32,000 nucleotides of DNA, taken from Acaryochloris marina MBIC11017. Its GTDB lineage: Bacteria; Cyanobacteriota; Cyanobacteriia; Thermosynechococcales; Thermosynechococcaceae. The stretch spans positions 2,490,001 to 2,522,000 of the forward strand of contig NC_009925.1 in assembly GCF_000018105.1 (NCBI RefSeq), given 5' to 3'. The notes under the pieces are model-generated. The model worked only from the letters and a program-made list of their open reading frames with translations, was not told where the DNA came from and searched no databases. The position numbers and the translations under genes are program-made. Shown piece after piece: positions 25,613-32,000 of this stretch (position 1 is its first letter; each line of letters starts with the position of its first letter).

Positions 25613-26701
25613 TTGATTGCTGCGGGTCAATCCTATCGATTACTATTTGTCTCTACTCCTCTAGGACCTTTAGGATCTGGGGTTGGGGGAGGAGTAGAAC
25701 TGACGCTCCTGAATATGCTGGATGCCTTAACCCAGCAGGGCCACCACATCCAGGTAGTTGCACCTCAGCAATCTCAGTTGCCCCAAGATGAGGTGATCAC
25801 CGTGGCTGGAGCGCCCCAGATTCCAGCCCAAACCCAAACTCGCCAGACCCCTATTCATCTTCCTGAAAACTCAGTTCTCGCCAATATGTGGCTGCAGGTT
25901 TTGGCTCTGCAGTCTGAGTTTGACCTGATTATCAACTTTGCCTACGATTGGCTGCCTCTGTACTTAACGCCCTTCTTAAACACACCTGTTGCCCATCTGA
26001 TCAGTATGGGGTCGCTTTCGGATGCGATGGATCAAATTATCGGTCAAATGGCCGATCAGTTTCCCCATACGATTGGCGTCCATACTCAAGCCCAGGCCAA
26101 TACCTTTCCCTTTGCCCAGCACTGCTATCCCGTCGGCAATGGCTTTAATTTAGACCTTTACCAATTCACCCCTGAGCCAGAGGACTATTTATGTTGGCTG
26201 GGGCGGATTGCTCCCGAGAAAGCCTTAGAAGATGCAGTCGCTGCCGTCGACCAAACGGGGCAAGCTCTCAAAATTATGGGCCATATTCAAGATCAAGCCT
26301 ATTTTGACCACATTCAGGCCCAGTTTCCCAACGCTAACATTGACTATCTAGGGTTTCTGGAGACCACAGCAATGCAAGAAGTCTTGCGCCATAGCCGGGG
26401 ATTGCTCGTGACCCCTCGCTGGGTGGAAGCTTTTGGCAATGTTGTGATTGAAGCCTTGGCCTGTGGCGTTCCAGTGATTGCTTATCATCGAGGCGGTCCC
26501 GCAGAAATTGTCCAGCCAGGAAAAACAGGCTGGCTCGTCGAACCCGATAGTGTCGATGGCTTAGTGGAGGCCATTCACAAACTGCCTGAGATTGATCGAC
26601 AGATCTGTCGCCAACAGGCCGAGCAGGAGTACTCTCTGACGGCTTTTGCCCAGCGCCTGGAGCAATGGTTTGTTAAAATCCTGTCTCAACCCGATCAATA
26701 A
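25613..26701 (+). CDS. Group-1 (GT4-like, GT-B fold) glycosyltransferase
   Basis: TTG start. N-terminal LLFVSTPLGPLGSGVGGGVE. C-terminal EAFGNVVIEALACGVPVIAYHRGGPAEIV..GKTGWLV. Confidence 0.8.
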   Translation: MIAAGQSYRLLFVSTPLGPLGSGVGGGVELTLLNMLDALTQQGHHIQVVAPQQSQLPQDEVITVAGAPQIPAQTQTRQTPIHLPENSVLANMWLQVLALQSEFDLIINFAYDWLPLYLTPFLNTPVAHLISMGSLSDAMDQIIGQMADQFPHTIGVHTQAQANTFPFAQHCYPVGNGFNLDLYQFTPEPEDYLCWLGRIAPEKALEDAVAAVDQTGQALKIMGHIQDQAYFDHIQAQFPNANIDYLGFLETTAMQEVLRHSRGLLVTPRWVEAFGNVVIEALACGVPVIAYHRGGPAEIVQPGKTGWLVEPDSVDGLVEAIHKLPEIDRQICRQQAEQEYSLTAFAQRLEQWFVKILSQPDQ

Positions 26702-26705
26702 ATCC

Positions 26706-27599
26706 ATGCAGCCTTGTCAGCTCCCTCCTTTTTTACAACCCGGTGATGATCTTTGGGTGACAATGCCCAGTGGCACCCTCCGGGAGCGGCAGGATTTTGA
26801 TCAAGGTGTTGCGGTGTTGCGATCTCACTCCTACACCATCCGCCTATCCCCGAACATCACCGCCCAGTGGGGCTATCTCGCTGGCACCGATACTCAGCGC
26901 AGACAAGCCCTAATCGAAGGACTCAAAGGCAACTACTCCGGCATTTTTTGTGGACGGGGCGGCTATGGCGGCGCTCGACTTTTAGAAGACTGGCAATGGC
27001 CCCCTACCCCTACCAAATGGCTGGTGGGTTTTTCCGATGTGACGGCTCTGCTCTGGGGACTGGCCACTCAGGGGATTGCTAGTGTTCACGGCCCGGTGAT
27101 GACCACCTTGGTCCAGGAACCCGACTGGTCCCAGCAGAGACTGTTTGATTGGCTCTCTGGCCGCCCTATCCCCGCCCTAACGGGTAAAGGCTGGGGCCAG
27201 GGCAAAGCAACTGGCATCTTATTACCCGGCAATTTAACAGTGGCAACCCACATCTTAGGAACATCTCTCTGCCCGAAGCTAGACCAGGTGATCTTAGCCC
27301 TAGAAGATGTGGGGGAAGCGCCCTATCGGCTGGATCGGATGCTGACCCAATGGCGGATGAGTGGGGTATTCAAGCAGGTCAAAGGTATTGCCCTAGGGCG
27401 CTTTAGCGATTGCGAAGCCCCTACCGGGATTCCTAGCTTAACGGTGGAAGAAGTCCTTCGCGATCGCTTGGGGGATTTAGGTATCCCCATTGTGTCGGGG
27501 TTACCCTTTGGCCATGGCGCTCCCAACGCAGCTTTACCCGTGGGTGTTCCCGCGCAGTTAGATGGCGATCAGGGGACATTGGCCGTTGGCGCTCCCTAG
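26706..27599 (+). CDS. LD-carboxypeptidase (peptidase S66, muramoyl-tetrapeptide carboxypeptidase type)
   Basis: I prefer the ATG at 26706 to the track start at 26646, which overlaps the GT gene. Motifs: GRGGYGGARLL, nucleophile elbow GFSDVTAL, LEDVGEAPYRLDRML and GLPFGHG. Confidence 0.8.
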   Translation: MQPCQLPPFLQPGDDLWVTMPSGTLRERQDFDQGVAVLRSHSYTIRLSPNITAQWGYLAGTDTQRRQALIEGLKGNYSGIFCGRGGYGGARLLEDWQWPPTPTKWLVGFSDVTALLWGLATQGIASVHGPVMTTLVQEPDWSQQRLFDWLSGRPIPALTGKGWGQGKATGILLPGNLTVATHILGTSLCPKLDQVILALEDVGEAPYRLDRMLTQWRMSGVFKQVKGIALGRFSDCEAPTGIPSLTVEEVLRDRLGDLGIPIVSGLPFGHGAPNAALPVGVPAQLDGDQGTLAVGAP

Positions 27600-27658
27600 G
27601 GATCAGCTCTCAAATCTGTACGCTATCGTAAAAAGTAGAGACCATCAGGACCCTAGGC

Positions 27659-28477
27659 ATGAACGAGCTGAGGCAGGCACTAGAATTAGCGACGGAAGAA
27701 GAATTGCAGGACCTGACGGATTTGCTGTTTCGGCGCCGATATAACCCCCTTGATTACCTGCGAGAACCCACCCCGGATCAGGTACAAGCCGCTAGTCGCC
27801 AAGAGTGGTTAGAAACCATCGAAAACCGCTTTCGCTTTGTAGCCGCCGACGGGTTTACAGTCCTCAAAGGGCAAACGGAAACCTTGAGCTATCGCCAGGT
27901 TCTGGTTCAGGTTAGCCGTCACTTGAAGATAAAATATTCCCCCACCCTATCCACTACAGATTTGGAAGCTGAAATCTATTTGAACCTGATCAAGGAAGTT
28001 TGGCAAAAGCTACCAGAGAATCAGCAGGAGCAGCTGCAACAGCGAATCCAAAAAGTGTTGGCTGAGGCCCCTGGAACGCCTTTACCCGTTAATTGCCAAA
28101 CGGATCTCCGACGATGGCTGCTGGAAGGAAGCAGCGCTTTAGCCGTATCATCAGTGTTGCGCCCGTTGCTGTTAAAGCATCTGGCGCGGCAATTTGCGGC
28201 TCAGATGGCAGTGTATCAAGTGGCTCGACAAGCAGCCCCCCAAATCGAAGGACAAATCGCGGTGCAAGCAGCACGGCGCGGTATGGCTTGGAATGCAGCT
28301 CGATATGGCGTGATGCGTGGGGCGTTGACGGTAGTGAGTTCAGCCCTGTGGATTGGCTTGTTTGCAGACCTGGGTTGGCGTGCGATCGCAACCAACTACG
28401 GGCGCGTCATTCCGGTAATCTTTACTCTGGCCCAAATTCGCCTCATCCGGGGGGACACGTCTTGGCAGTCTGTTTGA
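27659..28477 (+). CDS. YaaW/UPF0174-like protein
   Basis: The N-terminal EEELQDLTDLLF and SYRQVLVQVSRHLKIKYSPTLSTTDLEAEIYLNLIKEVWQKLPENQQEQL parallel E. coli YaaW as I remember it. The C-terminus is hydrophobic. Confidence 0.5.
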   Translation: MNELRQALELATEEELQDLTDLLFRRRYNPLDYLREPTPDQVQAASRQEWLETIENRFRFVAADGFTVLKGQTETLSYRQVLVQVSRHLKIKYSPTLSTTDLEAEIYLNLIKEVWQKLPENQQEQLQQRIQKVLAEAPGTPLPVNCQTDLRRWLLEGSSALAVSSVLRPLLLKHLARQFAAQMAVYQVARQAAPQIEGQIAVQAARRGMAWNAARYGVMRGALTVVSSALWIGLFADLGWRAIATNYGRVIPVIFTLAQIRLIRGDTSWQSV

Positions 28478-28489
28478 GTATGATTCGAA

Positions 28490-29212
28490 ATGTCCACTGA
28501 TCCCCATTCTTGGTTTGCTCCCTCTCACTTCATCATGTTGGCCTTACTGGGCGGCTTTGGGTTAACCCATAGCGGCTTGGCCTCCCTACGGATGGCCGCA
28601 GAGAAAAAATTAGGGGCACGACTTTATCGCGTGATTTTTGCCTTGGCCAGCATCACCGTCGCTGTGATTGTAATCGGCTATTTTCTTAAGCATCGCTACG
28701 ATGGGGTGTTGCTCTGGCAATTGCAGGGCACCCCTGGTTTAAAAAGCTTCATTTGGGCTTTATCAGCGATTTCCTTTATTTTTCTCTATCCTGCTACGTT
28801 TAACCTGCTTGAAATTGCGGCCATCCAGAAGCCCCAGGTCCATCTCTACGAAACTGGCATTATTCGCATTTGTCGCCATCCCCAAATGGTGGGCCAGGTG
28901 ATTTGGTGCATCGCCCATTTACTTTGGGTGGGCACCTCCTTTACCCTAGCCACCTGTTTGGGATTGATTGGCTATCACCTATTTGGCGTCTGGCATGGCG
29001 ATCAGCGTTTGGCTAAACGCTATGGAGATGCCTTTGCAGCGGTCAAAGCGCGCACCTCCATCGTGCCCTTTCTAGCTATTGCCCAGGGCAAACAAACCTT
29101 CCAGCTAAAAGAGTTTTTGAAGCCTGCCTATGTCGGGGTGGCTGGCTTTGTTTGGCTATTTTGGATTGCCCATCCCTTAATGATGCGTGCAGCATTCAAC
29201 GTTCGCTGGTAG
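28490..29212 (+). CDS. NnrU-family membrane protein
   Basis: Multi-TM protein with ICRHPQMVGQVIWCIAHLLW, the NnrU signature region. Confidence 0.7.
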   Translation: MSTDPHSWFAPSHFIMLALLGGFGLTHSGLASLRMAAEKKLGARLYRVIFALASITVAVIVIGYFLKHRYDGVLLWQLQGTPGLKSFIWALSAISFIFLYPATFNLLEIAAIQKPQVHLYETGIIRICRHPQMVGQVIWCIAHLLWVGTSFTLATCLGLIGYHLFGVWHGDQRLAKRYGDAFAAVKARTSIVPFLAIAQGKQTFQLKEFLKPAYVGVAGFVWLFWIAHPLMMRAAFNVRW

Positions 29213-29257
29213 CATGATCCCAGCTTATAAAATCTCTTGTTTAAAACACCGTTGAGC

Positions 29258-29608
29258 ATGCTGTCTACGACTAGTACCCAGACTTTCAACCCAGACGTTT
29301 TACAATCTGAGACGCCCGTTCTAGTTAGCTTTTGGGCGCCTTGGTGTGGAGTCTGTCGTTGGGTGGAGCCGATGCTGATCCAGGTACAAGCAGATTACGG
29401 TTCGGCACTCAAAATTGTCACCATCAATGCCGACGAAAATTTTCTCATTGCCAGCCAATATCGGCTCACGAATATTCCGAGTTTGTTGCTATTCCAGCAG
29501 GGCCGTCTGGTTCACCGAATTGACCAGTTTTGCGATCGCACCGAAGCATTGAACTTACTAGAGAAAGCCCTCGGCAAGATTGTTCCATCCCTAATGTCTG
29601 CCGGGTAA
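29258..29608 (+). CDS. Thioredoxin-fold protein with atypical WCGVC active site
   Basis: VLVSFWAPWCGVCRWVEPML...NIPSLLLFQQGRLV. I prefer the ATG at 29258 to the track TTG at 29237. Confidence 0.8.
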   Translation: MLSTTSTQTFNPDVLQSETPVLVSFWAPWCGVCRWVEPMLIQVQADYGSALKIVTINADENFLIASQYRLTNIPSLLLFQQGRLVHRIDQFCDRTEALNLLEKALGKIVPSLMSAG

Positions 29609-29738
29609 CCTAACTTTACATACCTTAGTGCTCACAACCAAAATTTTCCAAGATATCCCAAATAGTCTTTGGGACTCATATTCGATGGGTTAATCTTAAG
29701 ATTTCTCAGTCGAAAAAGGGCCTGACAATATGTAACAA

Positions 29739-29754
29739 TGTAAAATGTTTTACA
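29739..29754. promoter_or_regulatory. NtcA/CRP-family type palindrome TGTA-N8-TACA upstream of ndhF
   Basis: tgta aaatgttt taca was read directly, 36 nt before the ndhF ATG. It is embedded in repeated TGTAA motifs. Spacing to a -10 box is not canonical. Confidence 0.3.
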
Positions 29755-29789
29755 AACTGTAAAGTTTTTTATCGAAAACAGCGTCAACG

Positions 29790-31853
29790 ATGGATTCGTT
29801 ATATCAATTTGCTTGGCTTATCCCTGTATTGCCACTTGGCGGTGCATTTCTCGTAGGTTTGGGGTTAATTTCCTATAACAAACAAACCAACGCTCTCCGT
29901 CAAATCAACGCGGCCTTTATTGTGTCTTTGATGGGAGCGGCAATGGTCCTCTCCTTCTCCATCTTATGGAGTCAGATTCAAGGTCACGAGCCCTATCTGA
30001 TGACCTTTGAATGGGCCTCAGCAGGAGCATTTCACCTGACGATGGGCTATACCATCGATCATCTGACCTCCTTGATGTTAGTGGTGGTCACCACTGTTGC
30101 CTTCCTGGTGATGATCTATACCGATGGGTACATGGCTCATGACCCCGGTTATGTAAGGTTTTATGCATATTTAAGTCTATTTAGCTTCTCCATGTTGGGG
30201 CTCGTGGTTAGCCCGAACTTGGTGCAAATTTATATTTTTTGGGAATTGGTAGGGATGTGTTCCTACCTGCTGGTGGGATTCTGGTACGACCGCAAGCCCG
30301 CCGCCAACGCCTGCCAAAAAGCATTTGTAACAAACCGAGTCGGTGACTTTGGGTTACTGCTCGGTATTTTAGGCCTGTACTGGGCAACGAATAGTTTTGA
30401 GTTCGACATTATGGGAGAGCGATTGCAGTCCCTCGTGTCGACCGGTGAACTCAGCGGGGTGGTGGCTGCCATCTTCGCTATTTTGGTGTTTATGGGACCC
30501 ATGGCTAAATCAGCCCAGTTCCCCCTCCATGTCTGGCTGCCCGAAGCCATGGAAGGTCCGACCCCCATTTCGGCCCTGATTCACGCAGCGACCATGGTTG
30601 CCGCTGGTGTTTTCCTCGTGGCTCGGATGTTCCCTGTATTCTCGGGCATCCCCACCGCCATGCAGTTTATTGCCTGGACGGGCGCGATTACCGCCTTCTT
30701 AGGCGCTACGATTGCGGTTACTCAAAACGATATTAAGAAGGGTCTAGCCTACTCCACCATCTCCCAATTGGGCTATATGGTGATGGCTATGGGCATCGGT
30801 GCCTACTCCGCAGGTCTATTCCACCTCATGACCCATGCTTACTTTAAGGCCATGTTGTTTCTAGGGTCTGGCTCTGTGATCCACGGTATGGAAGCGGTGG
30901 TGGGCCATAACCCTGCTTTAGCCCAAGATATGCGTCTGATGGGCGGCCTGCGCAAGTACATGCCCTATACCGGCATCACATTTTTAATCGGTTGCCTAGC
31001 GATTTGCGGTATTCCGCCTTTTGCGGGTTTCTGGTCTAAAGACGAGATTCTCAGTTCCGCCTTTGAAGCCAATCCAGCCTTATGGTTGGTGGGCTGGCTA
31101 ACGGCAGGTCTGACTGCCTTCTATATGTTCCGGATGTATTTCTCCACCTTTGAAGGAGACTTCCGGGGTAATATCAATGCTTTGCGTGAGCAGATTGATG
31201 GCAAATCTCCAGCCCTCAACTTCGGCCCTGGCGCCATGGATCCCCGGGAGTTGACTATGGTGGCTGAGCAAGAGGCTCATCATCATGACGATCATCACCA
31301 TGCGGATGAACCCCATGAATCTCCGATTACCATGACCTTGCCGCTCATGGTGTTAGCGATTCCCTCCATTGCCATCGGTTTGCTAGGAATGCCCTTTAAC
31401 AACCGGTTTGAAGCTTTTATTTATGCTCCCGGTGAAGCCAATGCAGCCCTTGAAGCAGCGGCTGAGTTTGAATGGTCCGAGTTTCTGCTGATGGCCGGAA
31501 ATTCCGTCGGTATCGCTTTAATCGGCATTACTCTGGCTTCGCTGATGTACCGGACTCGGAAAGTGGATCCGGCTGCGATCTCAAACCGGTTCCCATCCCT
31601 CTATGAGTTCTCCCTCAACAAGTGGTTTATTGATGACCTCTATGAGCGCACCATCATCAAGGGCTGTCGCCGGATTGCTCGTCAGGTTCTAGAGGTTGAC
31701 TTCAAAGTCGTCGATGGCATCGTTAACTTCGCTGGATTCCTCGCAGTATTGACTGGGGAAGGGCTTAAGTACTTGGAAAGTGGCCGTATCCAGTTCTACC
31801 TGTTCATCATCTTTATGGCAGTCTTGGGGATCTCGATTGCCACGGTCATCTAA
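29790..31853 (+). CDS. ndhF: NAD(P)H-quinone oxidoreductase subunit 5 (NDH-1 NdhF, NuoL family)
   Basis: 687 aa. AKSAQFPLHVWLPEAMEGPTPISALIHAATMV is the NuoL/NdhF signature. It has many TM helices and is followed by ndhD. Confidence 0.92.
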   Translation: MDSLYQFAWLIPVLPLGGAFLVGLGLISYNKQTNALRQINAAFIVSLMGAAMVLSFSILWSQIQGHEPYLMTFEWASAGAFHLTMGYTIDHLTSLMLVVVTTVAFLVMIYTDGYMAHDPGYVRFYAYLSLFSFSMLGLVVSPNLVQIYIFWELVGMCSYLLVGFWYDRKPAANACQKAFVTNRVGDFGLLLGILGLYWATNSFEFDIMGERLQSLVSTGELSGVVAAIFAILVFMGPMAKSAQFPLHVWLPEAMEGPTPISALIHAATMVAAGVFLVARMFPVFSGIPTAMQFIAWTGAITAFLGATIAVTQNDIKKGLAYSTISQLGYMVMAMGIGAYSAGLFHLMTHAYFKAMLFLGSGSVIHGMEAVVGHNPALAQDMRLMGGLRKYMPYTGITFLIGCLAICGIPPFAGFWSKDEILSSAFEANPALWLVGWLTAGLTAFYMFRMYFSTFEGDFRGNINALREQIDGKSPALNFGPGAMDPRELTMVAEQEAHHHDDHHHADEPHESPITMTLPLMVLAIPSIAIGLLGMPFNNRFEAFIYAPGEANAALEAAAEFEWSEFLLMAGNSVGIALIGITLASLMYRTRKVDPAAISNRFPSLYEFSLNKWFIDDLYERTIIKGCRRIARQVLEVDFKVVDGIVNFAGFLAVLTGEGLKYLESGRIQFYLFIIFMAVLGISIATVI

Positions 31854-31909
31854 AGTCTTTTCATTTTTTCCTCGTCGTTGCTCAATCCGTTGAATAGAGA
31901 TAGCGGTTC

Positions 31910-32000
31910 ATGAATCCAGATACATTTCCTTGGCTGTCAACCCTGATTTTCTTCCCAATTATGGCCACCGTCGCCCTGCCCTTTATTCCAGATCCAAAGG
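31910..32000 (+). CDS. ndhD: NAD(P)H-quinone oxidoreductase subunit 4 (NdhD, NuoM family), 3' end cut by the window edge
   Basis: ATG at 31910. MNPDTFPWLSTLIFFPIMATVALPFIPDPK matches the usual NdhD N-terminus, and the gene sits directly after ndhF. Confidence 0.7.
   Translation, partial: MNPDTFPWLSTLIFFPIMATVALPFIPDPK

Noticed and set aside
26646-26705. A track start for the LD-carboxypeptidase that overlaps the upstream glycosyltransferase gene by 56 nt.
   Set aside because: The ATG at 26706, just after the GT stop, yields the usual S66 N-terminus (LQPGDDLWV...). The upstream extension is likely read-through of an open frame.
31267-31320. A His/Asp-rich stretch (EQEAHHHDDHHHADEPHE) in a loop of NdhF.
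   Set aside because: It falls in the variable loop preceding the C-terminal helices of NuoL/NdhF proteins, where length and composition vary. I cannot tell without an alignment whether it is unusual, so it is not raised as a finding.
1-32000. A search for CRISPR arrays, tRNA, rRNA or other structured RNA genes in the intergenic regions 7608-7764, 10470-10713, 12663-12815, 21782-22072, 22658-22840, 23607-23794, 24989-25612 and 29609-29789.
   Set aside because: I saw no regularly spaced direct repeats and no cloverleaf-compatible sequence with a GTTCRANYC T-loop. By-eye inspection cannot exclude small ncRNAs or riboswitches; cmscan/tRNAscan would be decisive.

Overview
The window reads as cyanobacterial chromosome. 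It has 15 copies of the HIP1 palindrome GCGATCGC, two CP12 genes, ndhF-ndhD and typical envelope and housekeeping genes. I support about 30 CDSs. They include a 5'-truncated GspE/PilB secretion ATPase, five GT-B glycosyltransferases, an RND efflux pair (adaptor plus permease) and a K+ channel-like protein. Also present are a FAD oxidoreductase, an HD-like protein, a MiaE-like diiron hydroxylase, VanZ, a fructosamine kinase, an LD-carboxypeptidase, a YaaW-like protein, NnrU and an atypical thioredoxin. There are two complete insertion sequences: an IS5-family element of 898 bp with a TTA target duplication, and an IS3-family element of 1264 bp with an A7 frameshift site. I saw no rRNA, tRNA or CRISPR array. 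The most interesting locus is 4991-10469. It holds two overlapping genes that look like a split STAND protein with no recognisable effector: a P-loop ATPase with a winged-helix-like end, and a TPR protein with a possibly degenerate NTPase-like N-domain. These sit divergent from a degenerate-FHA protein with a Cys/Tyr-rich tail, which is translationally coupled to an orphan GT-B glycosyltransferase. An IS5 element is freshly inserted in the shared intergenic region. Secondary leads are an HD / MiaE / GT-A-like cluster, an AT-rich orphan with a serine-less ACP-like domain, a CP12 pair flanking a fructosamine kinase, a small terminated ORF, and an NtcA-type palindrome upstream of ndhF. All functional calls come from reading motifs by eye; no database search or folding was run.
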